DNA of 64,000 bases from an uncultured bacterium (GCA_963977015.1 CAXBMO010000016.1:64001-128000); one strand, 5' to 3'. Positions 20,113-31,546 are shown, counted from the first letter of the stretch. A program made the numbers and translations. Notes: generated from the sequence alone by a model not told the origin.

Positions 20113-20697
20113 ATGGCCCGAATTTTAAAAGGAGCCGCGCTTGGAAAGCACGTTCACCCGATCTCCGTTGCGTTTTATCACGAAGCGGGAAATCTCGGTT
20201 TGATCGATGAACAGGTGGAACTGTTGCAGGGAGTTCTTTTCGACAAGATGTCCAAATCACCTCTCCACTACGCGATTTTTCAGAGGCTTCTGGGGATGCT
20301 GAACGCATTGAGCCTCGACGGATATTGCATTCGGTCAGAAGGGCCAATCACGACAACTGATTCCGAGCCCGAACCTGACCTGGCCGTTTGCAAAGGGAGT
20401 GAGAACGACTTTTTCGATTCCCACCCGACAACCGCTGAACTGGTGATTGAGGTCGCGATCAGCTCCTTGGAGATCGACCGCAAAAAGGCCGAGATTTATG
20501 CAGCGGCCGGCGTCACGGAATATTGGATCGTGATGCCGAAGACCAAAGCCATCGAGGTGTATACAAAGCCTTCCTCCGACCACTACGAATCCATCAAAAC
20601 GTTCGAAGGATCGACAACGGTGGCTTCTTTGGTGTTTCCGGAGCTGTCCGTGCAGCTGCCTGATCTCTTTTTGCCGCCGAAGGAGTTAGCGAAATAG
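20113..20697 (+). CDS. Uma2 family putative restriction endonuclease
   Basis: VELLQG, SEPEPDLAV, LVIEVAISSLEIDRKKAEIYAAAGVTEYWIV. Confidence 0.92.
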   Translation: MARILKGAALGKHVHPISVAFYHEAGNLGLIDEQVELLQGVLFDKMSKSPLHYAIFQRLLGMLNALSLDGYCIRSEGPITTTDSEPEPDLAVCKGSENDFFDSHPTTAELVIEVAISSLEIDRKKAEIYAAAGVTEYWIVMPKTKAIEVYTKPSSDHYESIKTFEGSTTVASLVFPELSVQLPDLFLPPKELAK

Positions 20698-20703
20698 AAG
20701 CGA

Positions 20704-21789
20704 CTAATTCGGCTTCATCACCAGCCCACCTCCCCCAACATAGGTCGCCAAGTAGGGATGGCTTCCACCTTTCTTCCAAAGTAGGAGGAAAAATGGATGG
20801 TCGAAGACCAACTTCCTTGGCTCCCCCTTTCCAAGCTTACCTGGTCCACCAAGAAAACCGGGAGGAACAAGAAACGACCGAGTTTCCATTTCCGCTCCTG
20901 ATTCATTGAGTTCAAGCTCAACCAACTGCAAGGCCGCATGAAAACGGTGATCATACGGATCTCCAGGCCCACGAAACCCTCCGTTAAGCAATGGGAGAAA
21001 ATTCGCCTGATTTGCCAGAGCTAAATAGGGAACCAGCAACGTATCATCGCCGTCCAAACGAGATTCAGGCTTCTTGGCATTGCCACCCAATTTCCGAACC
21101 AAATCGATCGCTCGGGCTATAGAATCGATCCGAGAATCCATCACCAAGAACATCGATTGATCGGCTTCTTTGAGCCTCAACCTCACTGCGATCAGCTCAC
21201 CCGGTTCATAGGCAAGAACCCATCCCGCGCCCGCATATTGAGGTTTTAGAGATCCATACGAACCAAAATATCGGACCGACTCCTCGCGACCATCAGTAAA
21301 CTTAAACGGAGCAGGTCCTGGTGCATACTCGCGAAAAGGAAGCTCGAACTCAACGCTTTGCTTCATCACGGTGAGACAGCAAATTCCTTGCGCCATCGGC
21401 ACATTCCAATCCTTAGGATTAAGTTTTGGAGTTCCCGGCCCAAAGGCTTGATCGATAATTCGATTTGCGGTTCGCGCGAATTCCGGACCTTTCCCTCCAA
21501 CGACCGAAATTGAAGTTCCAATTGGTATGGTTGCATTCGCGTCCCACTCGAAAGCATCCAATACTTCTGAGGTTGGGGTCACCAAATCGATCTTCTTCAG
21601 ATTGAACATCCCGCGAACTTCATCCCAACAACGTTGAAATCCCGGCGTCCAAATGGTAGTTGCTCCTTTCGGCAAAACCTCATCCAGATCCAAGGTCTGC
21701 CGAACCATCCTGTCATCTGCGCGTGTAACCGTTATGGACCCAAAATACATCACGATCACCATCCATCGTTTCCAATCTCCCAAGGTCAT
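20704..21789 (-). CDS. Divergent serpin-like protein
   Basis: C-terminal LELNESGAE hinge-like segment and the serpin-signature-like LVFDHPFFLLL; more AT-rich than its neighbours. Confidence 0.6.
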   Translation of the reverse strand: MTLGDWKRWMVIVMYFGSITVTRADDRMVRQTLDLDEVLPKGATTIWTPGFQRCWDEVRGMFNLKKIDLVTPTSEVLDAFEWDANATIPIGTSISVVGGKGPEFARTANRIIDQAFGPGTPKLNPKDWNVPMAQGICCLTVMKQSVEFELPFREYAPGPAPFKFTDGREESVRYFGSYGSLKPQYAGAGWVLAYEPGELIAVRLRLKEADQSMFLVMDSRIDSIARAIDLVRKLGGNAKKPESRLDGDDTLLVPYLALANQANFLPLLNGGFRGPGDPYDHRFHAALQLVELELNESGAEMETRSFLVPPGFLGGPGKLGKGEPRKLVFDHPFFLLLWKKGGSHPYLATYVGGGGLVMKPN

Positions 21790-21884
21790 TCTGCAATGAT
21801 GACGGATCTTTCGTGGACCGACAAGATCCGATTCAACTTTGGAAACTGCTTGAAACCGCAACCTTCCAACCGGAAAACTGCATC

Positions 21885-22928
21885 ATGAAATTCGGAATCA
21901 TCGGTGCTGGCATGATTGCCAACTTCCACGCCAAGGCGATCCAGGCAATGGAGGGTGGAGAGTTGCTCTCTGTGTATGGACGGAACGCGGAAAAGGCGGA
22001 AGCGACGGCTCAGGAACACGGTGTGAAGGCGTTTAGCGATCTGGATGCGTTTCTCGGCGATCCGGAGTTGGATATCGTGACGATTGCGACGCCGTCCGGC
22101 GCGCATCTTGAGCCAGCTGTGGCCGCGGCGAAGGCCGGGAAGCACGTGATTGTGGAGAAACCACTCGAGGTGACTCCCGAGCGGATCGATACGATGCTGG
22201 CGGCGGCGAAAGAGACGGGCGTGACGGTTTCGGGAATCTTCAACCGACGCTTTCATCCCGCGATGGAGGCGTTCAAAAAGGCGGTCGATGACGGGCGTTT
22301 TGGCAAGCTGACGATGTGTGATGCCTATGTGAAATGGTATCGCGATCAGGCGTATTACGACAGCGGCGCCTGGCGCGGAACCTGGGCACTCGACGGCGGT
22401 GGGGCGTTCATGAACCAGGGCATCCACACGATCGATCAGTTGCTCTACCTCGCCGGAGACGTGAAGTGCGTTTCCGCGAGCACCGGCTGCCTCACCCATA
22501 CCGGCATTGAGGTCGAGGATACTGGGGTCGCGATTCTGGAGTTTGTGAATGGCGCCCGTGGGGTGATTCAGTGCGCGACCTCCTGCTGGTCTTCAACCGG
22601 ACATCCCGCCGAGGTTCATCTCTGTGGTGAGAAGGGTTCGGTTTTTCTTGCCGACGAACAATTCCGGACCTGGGATTTCAAGGATCCAGCACCTCAGGAT
22701 GACGAAGTGAAAGCGACGATGATGCAGGGGGCGGAAGTCGCGGGAATGGGAGCGAACGATCCCAACGCGATCAATTTCACCGGACACCAACGCAATTTCG
22801 AAGACGTGGTCAGTGCGATTCAGGAAGGACGAGAGCCTTCCGTTTCCGGTCAGGAAGCCCGACGCGCCGTCGCCTTGATTTGCGCCATGTACGAAAGCGC
22901 GAAGACGGGTCAGCGAGTCGATCTCTGA
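21885..22928 (+). CDS. Gfo/Idh/MocA family oxidoreductase
   Basis: GIIGAGMI, AGKHVIVEKP, RFHP, GGGAFMNQGIHTID, VED. Confidence 0.95.
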   Translation: MKFGIIGAGMIANFHAKAIQAMEGGELLSVYGRNAEKAEATAQEHGVKAFSDLDAFLGDPELDIVTIATPSGAHLEPAVAAAKAGKHVIVEKPLEVTPERIDTMLAAAKETGVTVSGIFNRRFHPAMEAFKKAVDDGRFGKLTMCDAYVKWYRDQAYYDSGAWRGTWALDGGGAFMNQGIHTIDQLLYLAGDVKCVSASTGCLTHTGIEVEDTGVAILEFVNGARGVIQCATSCWSSTGHPAEVHLCGEKGSVFLADEQFRTWDFKDPAPQDDEVKATMMQGAEVAGMGANDPNAINFTGHQRNFEDVVSAIQEGREPSVSGQEARRAVALICAMYESAKTGQRVDL

Positions 22929-22940
22929 GGCTCAGCTACG

Positions 22941-23462
22941 CTAAAACTTGTAGCCGTAGATTTCGAGATCTCGTTGATGAACCGCATCGACGAGAGCCTT
23001 GCTCTCTTCATCAAAGTAGGAGCGGTAATCCCGGTTGCGCTTGCTTTTCCCGGTATGCGGAAGGTCGAGGTCGAGACCGAGGCGATTCTTGATTTCCACC
23101 CACCCGTCCTGCAGATTTTCGAAGCGACCGACGAAGTCGAGTTCTTCATCCAACCAGTAATCATGATACGCTTTCTGGAGCGAAGTGATGTTGGCCACGA
23201 AGTCGCGAAACGTGCTGTCCGGCATGAGGCGATCCTTGAACTTGCGCATGGAAACCATGCGATCATAGGGGTTCCTCACAAACCCGAACTTAAAGTACTC
23301 ATCCCAGTATTCCGCATAGCGTTTCCGGGCATGGGAAGCACGCAGGTGCTTGGCTTCCGCGTCAATTTTCCAGAAATCGCGTCCAAACAAGGCCTTCTCC
23401 ATCGAGGTCATTCCCGTCCGCGGAATGTGGATCCCGATTAACTTTCGCTCGTGACAAATCAT
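22941..23462 (-). CDS. Sulfotransferase family 2 protein
   Basis: IHIPRTGMTS (5'-PAPS-binding), FVRNPYDRMVS (3'-PAPS-binding), DFVGRFENLQ, DLEIYGY. Confidence 0.9.
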   Translation of the reverse strand: MICHERKLIGIHIPRTGMTSMEKALFGRDFWKIDAEAKHLRASHARKRYAEYWDEYFKFGFVRNPYDRMVSMRKFKDRLMPDSTFRDFVANITSLQKAYHDYWLDEELDFVGRFENLQDGWVEIKNRLGLDLDLPHTGKSKRNRDYRSYFDEESKALVDAVHQRDLEIYGYKF

Positions 23463-23509
23463 CAGTCCTCACACTGGACCTGATTGACGGGCAGATTTCA
23501 AGTCTGCGG

Positions 23510-24352
23510 TCACTTACAAAGATGCGGAGGATGGAGGCTCCACTGGCAGCCTTGAACCCAAAATGCGCCAAACTTGTCTTTGTCGATACCGGGAATCAGT
23601 CCGCTTTCCCCAATGGGAGGGTCGAATTTGCGATCGACATAAAGCTCCACATCGGTCGCCTTGATCTTGTTGCCCAGGTCGTAGTGAAGATCCTCGCAGA
23701 CGCGCACAAACGTCACTTCGATCACGTCTTTGAGTCCGAAACTCTTCTTGATGGAGTCCGTGTAGGAGCCGAGCACCGGATGGGTGAAAACCTCGCGGAT
23801 TGCGTCGATCCGCGGTTTTGCCTCCGGCCCCAGCTTGCGCCGCTTCCGTTCTGTCAGCTTGACCAGGGGCGTTCCCGGAAAATCGAACAGCTCATCGATC
23901 ATAAACCCTTTCCGGCTCATCACGAGATTGGCGAAGTACTTGTTGATCGCTCCAACCCAACCCAACAACACGCCGCGGGGATCCTTGAGATAGAGCGAAA
24001 CTGGGTAATTGCGGGGTTCATCTCCACAGCCGCGCGCATACGGAATGACACAGGCCGCTTCGAGGTAATTCAAATTCCGGGGCAGCACCGGAATGTCAGG
24101 AACCGGGCTGACGCCGTGATAGTTGCCGCAAAGAAACAGCACGGGGTGGAAATCCTCGTCCGGCCGAATCGCTTCCGGAATGGATTCATTCGGCATCAAC
24201 CCTACAAAGTCGGGCAAACACTCTCGAAGCGTTTCCTTATCGACTTCCCGAAGGATGACCCAAGTGTCGAGTTTCCCCTCGTAGTGAAAGTCTTCTTTGA
24301 CTTCGAATTCGGGCTGCGGGACGCGGAAAAGGGGCGAGGTCTGAAGTTTCAT
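23510..24352 (-). CDS. Acetoacetate decarboxylase-like (ADC superfamily) protein
   Basis: HPVLFLCG, NYLEAACVIPY, SLYL...GVLLGW...INK pattern; ATGA overlap with the upstream gene. Confidence 0.6.
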   Translation of the reverse strand: MKLQTSPLFRVPQPEFEVKEDFHYEGKLDTWVILREVDKETLRECLPDFVGLMPNESIPEAIRPDEDFHPVLFLCGNYHGVSPVPDIPVLPRNLNYLEAACVIPYARGCGDEPRNYPVSLYLKDPRGVLLGWVGAINKYFANLVMSRKGFMIDELFDFPGTPLVKLTERKRRKLGPEAKPRIDAIREVFTHPVLGSYTDSIKKSFGLKDVIEVTFVRVCEDLHYDLGNKIKATDVELYVDRKFDPPIGESGLIPGIDKDKFGAFWVQGCQWSLHPPHLCK

Positions 24353-25473
24353 GGATGATTCAAGAGTTCGGGCGAATGTTGGTTGGATGAAAAGTTCGGG
24401 CTTGGCTCGGCTGCTTTCGAACGTTGATCGAGAATGCGTCGAGCCATTGGAAAGACAAGCCGATTCAGGGCGGAAGGCGCACAAAGCCCATGCAGGTAGT
24501 TCTGCAAATTGCGACTTCGCGAAGCGGTTGCGAGGATGGCTCGATAACCGGCGTGCCCCAGCGTTTCCCACGCCCAACGATTCACCACCCCGGCCCGAAC
24601 CAAGGGCGTAAACCGGGACTCCGCCACCGCCTCGTAGTCCAACTGATTCAGCAGGCCTTGGGCGGCGAGAAAGCCGGATGTCATCGCATTGCGAACTCCG
24701 AATCCCCAGAGCGGATCCTGAAGACCGGCGGCCTCGCCGGCAAAGAACTGGTCACCACCGGAAAAACGCGGAGCCGCGCTGTAGGTCGTGAATCCCCCGG
24801 TCGAGTTCCCACCTTCCAGGTCGATTCCGGAAACGCGGCTCAGCTTCGCTTTGGCGATTTCCAACTGTTGTCGAGCCGTCGAAAAATCGGCGAAGAGAAT
24901 GGAGGCGAGACAGCCATGTCCTCCAGCAATCAGCAAATAGGCGTATCCTTTTGAAGCCGCCGAATTGTCGAGCAAGACATAAGCCTGATCTTCGAGATCG
25001 GTCTCAAACACCTCACTCACCGCCAAACCTCGCTTTGGTTTCCCGACCGGCCCCGAAGTCACCAGATTCGCCTCCTCATCCGCAATGGGCTGCTCAAACT
25101 GAAGCCGGACTCCTGCCTGCAACGCCTGTCTTTGGAGGCTCTGATCGAGCGAATCCCAAGCCGAACCACGTTGGATCACATAAAAGATGGTCGAATTTCG
25201 CCCCATCATGACGCTTCGCTCGCGATCGTCAATGCCGAGAGCTTTCTGGAACGGGCGCGCCATGAAATCGGCCTCAATCCCCCAGTCGCGCAGGTCATCC
25301 AGGAAATCCGTCGTTCCCAACCAGTTTTCCACCCCCTGCAGATCCCCATGAAACCGCGCACCACAATCCTTCCGGCTCTCAAACACCTCCACAACAGCAC
25401 CTTCACGCGCCAGCGCAATGGCAGCCGTCAATCCCGCAGGGCCTGCGCCCTTGATCCGAAAATCCGCCTTCAC
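24349..25473 (-). CDS. FAD-dependent oxidoreductase (geranylgeranyl reductase-like)
   Basis: GAGPAGL Rossmann motif, [31 protein letters not shown] start overlaps the upstream TGA. Confidence 0.85.
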   Translation of the reverse strand: MKADFRIKGAGPAGLTAAIALAREGAVVEVFESRKDCGARFHGDLQGVENWLGTTDFLDDLRDWGIEADFMARPFQKALGIDDRERSVMMGRNSTIFYVIQRGSAWDSLDQSLQRQALQAGVRLQFEQPIADEEANLVTSGPVGKPKRGLAVSEVFETDLEDQAYVLLDNSAASKGYAYLLIAGGHGCLASILFADFSTARQQLEIAKAKLSRVSGIDLEGGNSTGGFTTYSAAPRFSGGDQFFAGEAAGLQDPLWGFGVRNAMTSGFLAAQGLLNQLDYEAVAESRFTPLVRAGVVNRWAWETLGHAGYRAILATASRSRNLQNYLHGLCAPSALNRLVFPMARRILDQRSKAAEPSPNFSSNQHSPELLNHP

Positions 25474-27767
25474 AGATTGTCCCGGAAATATTTGCGTTTC
25501 CAACGGCGAAACAGTTGGGCGGTCTTGGATCCCGGGTAGCGATCGCGCTCGCTGAAGATGACCGCCGGATAACCGGAGATCGCTCGCGACGCCTGTTTGC
25601 CTGATGTCACCGTGCTTTCCACCGCCCCCACATTGATCCCGTTATCAATCCAGTCCCCAGCCAAAACCAGGTTGCGGAATCCGGACTCATCGGCGCGCAT
25701 CCGGCGCTTGCTACTACCCGGAATACTCAGCACATAGCGATCGGCGGGATTGATGTTTGGCCGAAAGTACTGGGAATCAAAGGGCCCCGCACCAAAATCG
25801 GCCAAATTGCTCCAATCAAATTTCCCTTCCGCGTCAACCACGTTGGGCCAGAGTTTGTGGGCGTGTTCCTCCAAAAACTTGCGGCCCAGCTCCTTGACCC
25901 GCTCCCGTTCCCGCACCGGAACGTGATCGCCTACCATGTCCGGCGCATCGGTCAGGGAGTCGAGCAGATACGCGAGATGGCCAACGCCGGCGGCTGATGG
26001 AAGATTCTCCCGCTTCGCCACCTGGTCATAATCCGCCCAGGTGTCGACCGGCCGACGAAATCCGAGCTCAATGAGCGGGTGAACCGATTTCCAGCCCAGC
26101 TCGCGAACCGTTTTCGTGACCCAAAGCTGAATGTTGAGCGTCTGGATGGTGCGCAGGGAATCGGGACGCCCTTTCTCCAACATCCAGGCCCATCGCTGGC
26201 TCCGCGCCGACAACTCCGTGCAGATGGAAGGAAGCGCACCAACCGGAATCGCGAGAACCACCTGGTCAAAATCCTCGCCACGCTTCAGCGTGATTTGCTT
26301 GTCCCAGGACTGCTCCGGCATCCATCCGCTTTCGAGATCAATGTTCTTCTCCGCATGCAGCTGCTTTAACGATTCTGCCTGAGCAGGATCGATCAGATCA
26401 TACTTGGGCTCGGCCGGCCAACAATTGAGGATTCCTTTCGGATCGGGAATCGGGACCAACGGGTCATAACTTTCGATCGCTGCGCCGTCTTTCAGGTCGA
26501 CCTGCTGCCGAATCGCAATGGTGCCGATGTTCCTTCCCTCCAATCCCAGATTCTCGACCTTGTGGAAAAACTTGAACTTCACTCCACGCGCTTTGAGCGC
26601 CTCATACAGCGGCGTGATCACCGCCTCCCCCATTCCCGCCTGCATCTTCCAAACGAACGCACCGCGGTAATCGAGGAACAATCGCAGCGAAAACCGGACC
26701 GCAACGCCGGCGGAGAGTTTTCGCTGACCGTCGTCGTCAGGATTGTAGGCGAGTGGAACGGCGTAAAGCGCTCGCATCAGAGCCGAATCGGTTACCATCT
26801 CCGGCGCACCGTATTTCTTGATCCAGTCCGTGAACTCGTGCTGATCCAGACAATCGAAGCCTTTGAGAAAGGCGCCCTCCCTGAGAATTCCACGTGCAAT
26901 GGCAGTGGCGAACCGAACCTCGATCAGGAAATGGCGGCGCTCGCTATCATCCAAGTTTGCTTCATCCGCGATTTTCTCGCTGTCTTCCTCGATCCGGCCA
27001 ATCAACCAAAGGATACTGCGTCGCGCACGACGGGTGACGGGCGCATCCGGAAAATTTTTCGCGATGTCATAGGCCAGATCCGCCGCATTTCGCGGGTCGG
27101 TAATCACGGCGTCGAGATTCCGGATCACCTTGATCGCGAATCGAACCACGCGGGGGATGAACCGCTCGTCCCGACCAAAAATAATCGAGCTGTCGCTGGC
27201 ATGCACCGCATCCACCCGGTCTTTCAGCCACGCGAGGAGCAGGAGGAGAAGCGCCCAGATCGTCGGTCCCTTGTCTCCGGCCCGGCTTCGTTTTCCTGGC
27301 ACGGTCCGAGTATCTTCCGGCATTCCGAAATCCCAGGACTTCCAAACTCCGTCCTTTTCTTCCATGAAGGAGAAGGTCGCTTTGTTTTCCCCACCCAAGG
27401 CATTGCGCAGCGGTTGAAACGCGGGATCGCGAACGCCGGTGGGATCCGGGAAACAGGTCGAAAGGGGCTCGTCAGCGCCGCGATTCAGCTCCTGAAAGCA
27501 ATCGTCCAGCATGTGGAAGGCATTTTCATAGCAGCCTGCCAGGTAGTGAATCCCATGTTCCAGACTGCGATTCATCACCTGACCATCCGGACCGACCTCG
27601 TGTGTTCGGCCGCTGGCACACTTCCCACCCAACCTCCATCCCATCTGATAGACGGTGATGTCGTATTGCTTCGGATTCTTGGGATCGCTCAGGTAAAACG
27701 CCGATGTCAGCCCGCCAATTCCTCCCCCAAGGATGGCAATTTTCGATTTTGAAGTTGAATCGCTCAT
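25470..27767 (-). CDS. Large flavin amine oxidase / carotenoid desaturase-like NAD(P)/FAD oxidoreductase
   Basis: [53 protein letters not shown]. Confidence 0.88.
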   Translation of the reverse strand: MSDSTSKSKIAILGGGIGGLTSAFYLSDPKNPKQYDITVYQMGWRLGGKCASGRTHEVGPDGQVMNRSLEHGIHYLAGCYENAFHMLDDCFQELNRGADEPLSTCFPDPTGVRDPAFQPLRNALGGENKATFSFMEEKDGVWKSWDFGMPEDTRTVPGKRSRAGDKGPTIWALLLLLLAWLKDRVDAVHASDSSIIFGRDERFIPRVVRFAIKVIRNLDAVITDPRNAADLAYDIAKNFPDAPVTRRARRSILWLIGRIEEDSEKIADEANLDDSERRHFLIEVRFATAIARGILREGAFLKGFDCLDQHEFTDWIKKYGAPEMVTDSALMRALYAVPLAYNPDDDGQRKLSAGVAVRFSLRLFLDYRGAFVWKMQAGMGEAVITPLYEALKARGVKFKFFHKVENLGLEGRNIGTIAIRQQVDLKDGAAIESYDPLVPIPDPKGILNCWPAEPKYDLIDPAQAESLKQLHAEKNIDLESGWMPEQSWDKQITLKRGEDFDQVVLAIPVGALPSICTELSARSQRWAWMLEKGRPDSLRTIQTLNIQLWVTKTVRELGWKSVHPLIELGFRRPVDTWADYDQVAKRENLPSAAGVGHLAYLLDSLTDAPDMVGDHVPVRERERVKELGRKFLEEHAHKLWPNVVDAEGKFDWSNLADFGAGPFDSQYFRPNINPADRYVLSIPGSSKRRMRADESGFRNLVLAGDWIDNGINVGAVESTVTSGKQASRAISGYPAVIFSERDRYPGSKTAQLFRRWKRKYFRDNL

Positions 27768-28237
27768 GAATATCGTTCTGCGGAAGACCTATCGAAACGA
27801 ACTACACACGTGCTCCTCACGCGTTGCGCCCAACTGTCTCTCGCAAACTTTTGGGCTGCTGGCAAGCTTTACCAGAGCACGAGGGCCACCGGGGATAGAA
27901 CCCGGAAGCCCTGCCCGATGTTCTACGTTCTAACCCTGCCAAAATCCTCGATGCCCAATATCCCACGATCCCCCCGATTGTCCCCCAATCCTTCCATCTC
28001 CAATACGAGAAACCCGGTGGCAGCCAAAGCTGCCAATGCTGTTGCCCAGCCATAAAATTCTGGTTGTTCACATGGTTCGAAATATGAACTCTGTTTGCGA
28101 TTTCTCATACCGTTGTACGCGTTATCCCTTTCTAGGAAAGCCGCGCACAAACGTGACAAACAATTTTAAAAAAATCGCAAAACCGGGCTGAAGACGCCCG
28201 AAACCTCGTCAATCCGAGGTAAAATCCGGCCCTCGGC

Positions 28238-29506
28238 TCAGAAATTGATCGTGTGGCTGATCGTAAAGACGTCCCACTGGGACTCGTAGTTCCCATTGAA
28301 CTGGGGAACGACGTTGGTGCGAATCTCTCGATCCTGGTAGAAGCCCGCCACGTAGGCGAAATCCCAGGAGCCCCGCTTGGTTTGATAGCCCAGGCCAAAA
28401 GTCACAATATTGCGATCCGCACCGGGAATCAGCGGAATGTAGGTTTCGTCAGGAATCGGAGTTTGGGTGTAAAGATAGCCGAGACGAAGGGTCAACTTCT
28501 CATTCACGCGGTAGTCCAAGCCTGTTCCCACGCTGAAGCTGTCTTCCCAATTCAGCCCAACACTATCAGAAGGCGCAAGGGCTTGATTGACACCAATATC
28601 GACCGGCAAATCGTCGTGGGTCGAATTTCCGATGTATTCGAAGTCAAACCCGAGGGTCACGGCTTCGCAAAGATCAACCGCATAGCCGACCCCATAGCTC
28701 CAGGGAAATTCCATCTCGGTGTTGTAGTCGCTCCGGTCGGAAAAAAACGGCTCCAGAGGCGCTGGAATATTGGTGATGGTGTAGTCGCCACTCAAATCGG
28801 TGGGAATGGACAACCGCCCGGTCGCCGCAATGCGGTGTCCTTCCGCGATTTCATGGGTAATCCCGAAGGTCGCCCCAACTCCCCAACCATCGCCATCAAA
28901 CTCCTGCACTCCGTTTGGAGTTCCCGGAACTCCCGTCAGCGCCACCCACGGAAAATCCTGCTCCAAATTCAATTGGCTCCACATCACGTTCAGGGCCGCA
29001 CCAACGGTCGTTTTTTCGCTGATTTGATAGGAAATTGCCGGGCTCAAATCCAACGTGACCAGAGATGCCTCATGAGGCAACGCGAACTCAAAGACGCCAT
29101 CCCGCTTCCAACGCATGTCGACACCGTAGGGCGCGCTGGCGCTGAATCCCCAGGAAAAGGGAGAATCGCCAATCGGCCCACCCAGGTAAAGACCACCCGT
29201 GTATTTCAGGGGATCGCCCATTTCCTCGCTGGTTCCAACGAGTGACTGAAAATCAACCTCACCATACCAAACTGACGCGCCAACCAACACCTGAGTGCCA
29301 TCCAGAAAGCTGAGATTCGCCGGATTAAAACGCGTCGCGGTGGGGTCATCAACAGTCGCGAACTTGGCTCCCATTTTTCCGGACACTGCAGCGGAATCCG
29401 GTAGCGATCGGAGTCCTTCCTGGGCCCGGCCAGATTGAACGAAAACGGAAAAGAGCGTTGTCGCCAGCAAAACAACTGCCCGCGAACGAATTGAAGAAAT
29501 GATCAT
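28238..29506 (-). CDS. OmpP1/FadL family outer-membrane transporter
   Basis: Signal peptide, DDPTATRFNPANL hatch motif, SAPYG, alternating beta strands, C-terminal Phe. Confidence 0.9.
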   Translation of the reverse strand: MIISSIRSRAVVLLATTLFSVFVQSGRAQEGLRSLPDSAAVSGKMGAKFATVDDPTATRFNPANLSFLDGTQVLVGASVWYGEVDFQSLVGTSEEMGDPLKYTGGLYLGGPIGDSPFSWGFSASAPYGVDMRWKRDGVFEFALPHEASLVTLDLSPAISYQISEKTTVGAALNVMWSQLNLEQDFPWVALTGVPGTPNGVQEFDGDGWGVGATFGITHEIAEGHRIAATGRLSIPTDLSGDYTITNIPAPLEPFFSDRSDYNTEMEFPWSYGVGYAVDLCEAVTLGFDFEYIGNSTHDDLPVDIGVNQALAPSDSVGLNWEDSFSVGTGLDYRVNEKLTLRLGYLYTQTPIPDETYIPLIPGADRNIVTFGLGYQTKRGSWDFAYVAGFYQDREIRTNVVPQFNGNYESQWDVFTISHTINF

Positions 29507-29727
29507 TGTGCGTGTGCCTCTAGGTGAATGAAGGCTTTGCCTTCACGGTTTAAGGCATTGTTCCTGTCAACAAATGACGCCGACGGCAAGGAAAAAGTGT
29601 CGAGCGACGAGTTGAACGGACCTTTGCATGGGTTTTTTGGCAATAAACCGGACTCCCAACCTGCCAGCGCTCGATTCTGAAGACCCGAAATTCGCTCGAC
29701 CAACCCGCGAGGCTCTGGGAAACTTGA

Positions 29728-30510
29728 GTGATGGGCCAGTTCCAGGAAATCACCCAACACGCGATCTCCAACGCCAGCTACCTGCAAATCTTTCTGGGGA
29801 TTTACATCACGTTTGGGTTGTTCTATTTCGGGTTGGCATTTCTCACCTTGCGCTTCACGCGCGATTGGCTTCCCAAAGCTGGAATTGGGCGTCTCATCGA
29901 CGGTCGGCCCCTCAAGCCGGGCCAGATGAAACGCGAGATGAAGAACTCCCTCGTTTCCATCGGTATTTTCGCCCTGTACGGAGTGCTGACCATCGCGTTG
30001 GAACGGAAGGAGTGGCTTGTGATTCAGTGGGAATTCGGATTTTGGGACTTTGTGATCGACCTCCTCGTGATTGCGCTCTGGAACGAACTGCATTTTTACG
30101 CGTGCCATGCGTTGCTTCATCGCAAGTGGCTCTATCGGAGGATCCATCGGGAACACCACCGATCGGCCATCCCCACGCCTTTTTCGACGTTCAGCTTCCA
30201 TTGGATCGAAGCCGTCATGTTAAGCAGTGTGATGATTCTGCTGATGCCGTTCCGGCATTTGAACATCGGCGTGATCCTCTTTTTTCCCGTCGCAAGCCTG
30301 ATCTACAACAACATCGGTCACATGAACTACGCGGTGTTTCCACAGCATCGGTTAGGAAGCTTTTTTTCCTCCTGCCGCCGTCACACCATGCATCACACCC
30401 GAATCCGGGGAAACTACGGGTTCGTGTTGCCGTGGTTCGATTTTCTTTTCAAAACCCGAGCGCGCAACGTGGACTACGACGCACCTCTCGAAGACCTGCC
30501 CGAAGCTTAA
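29728..30510 (+). CDS. Sterol desaturase / fatty acid hydroxylase family protein
   Basis: His boxes HALLH, HREHH, GH, HTMHH; FSFHWIE; NYGF...FDFLF. Confidence 0.92.
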   Translation: MMGQFQEITQHAISNASYLQIFLGIYITFGLFYFGLAFLTLRFTRDWLPKAGIGRLIDGRPLKPGQMKREMKNSLVSIGIFALYGVLTIALERKEWLVIQWEFGFWDFVIDLLVIALWNELHFYACHALLHRKWLYRRIHREHHRSAIPTPFSTFSFHWIEAVMLSSVMILLMPFRHLNIGVILFFPVASLIYNNIGHMNYAVFPQHRLGSFFSSCRRHTMHHTRIRGNYGFVLPWFDFLFKTRARNVDYDAPLEDLPEA

Positions 30511-30832
30511 AGCGCGCGCCGCGGCGGCCGGGAAGCACTACAACCAAGCACTTCCCGACCACCCACCTCGCGCGAGAGATGGCCCGTACACCTCTCATCC
30601 ACTCGACCTTCACAGGTCGTTTCGTTCTACCTTCTGACCTCCCAAATCCGCATCAAGGTTGCCCTCCCTGATTCGAACTCAGTCGATCGCCCCAAGTCGG
30701 CGATCTCATTCGTTTCTTGGGGAGAAGTCCTCGAAAGTGACACCCCAAAATGAAAAAAATTTCAGGAATGTGCTGAATTCCTTGCTAATGGTGCTGGTCG
30801 ATTGGATAGATGCCCTAGTTGAAGATGATGTC

Positions 30833-31546
30833 ATGAATCAGGAAGGAAACGCAGCATTTCCAACCACCGCGTGGAGCACGGTTCTTCGTGCCAAAAAAGG
30901 AAGCGAGGCCGACTTCGAAACTTTGTGCAAACGCTATTGGTATCCCCTTTATGCCTTTGCCAGGCGCTCTGGAAAGTCCCCCGAGGAAGCGGAAGACCTA
31001 ACGCAAGGCTTTATCTTCAAGCTGATGCAGCGCAATTGGCTTGAGCAGGTCAATCCAGACGACTGCAAGCTCCGAACCTTTCTCCTGACGCGGCTCAAAT
31101 CCTACATGAGGGATGAGTGGAAGAAGCAGACCGCCCAAAAACGCGGTGGTGTCGAAGCCCTCCCCAAACTCGATTACGAGTCCGCAGAGCGCTTTTACTC
31201 CTCTGAAATGTCCGACAAACTCAGCGCCGATCGTGTCTATCTGCGGTCTTGGGCCTCGGAAATGCTTCGAAGAACGCATCGCACGCTTCGCAATTACTAC
31301 GCCAAGAAAAACCAGGCCAAGGAATTCGAAACGCTCTATCCCTACATTCCGAAAGACGAGAAGCTCAAACCTTATTCCGAGGTCGCCGCAGAACTCGGGA
31401 CCACCGAGGATTGGGTGAAAACCAACGTTAGCCGGATGCGAAAGCGCTATCGCATGGTTCTGGAAAGCGAAGTTCGTGAAACGTTGGCCAGCGCCTCGGA
31501 GTTGGAAGAGGAACTCGCCAGCCTGATGACGGCTTTCAGCAGTTAG
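30833..31546 (+). CDS. ECF sigma factor (PVC type)
   Basis: FPTTAWSTV, LCKRYWYPLYAFARR, AEDLTQGF, AQKRGG, YSEVAAELG...VSRMRKRY. Confidence 0.92.
   Translation: MNQEGNAAFPTTAWSTVLRAKKGSEADFETLCKRYWYPLYAFARRSGKSPEEAEDLTQGFIFKLMQRNWLEQVNPDDCKLRTFLLTRLKSYMRDEWKKQTAQKRGGVEALPKLDYESAERFYSSEMSDKLSADRVYLRSWASEMLRRTHRTLRNYYAKKNQAKEFETLYPYIPKDEKLKPYSEVAAELGTTEDWVKTNVSRMRKRYRMVLESEVRETLASASELEEELASLMTAFSS

Noticed and set aside
20113-20697. Uma2 nuclease as a defence system
   Set aside because: A solitary member of a commonly expanded family, with no partner genes.
27790-28230. AT-richer gap with 78-88 aa ORFs between FadL and the flavoprotein operon
   Set aside because: No convincing ORF, riboswitch or repeat recognised; probably a promoter or leader region.
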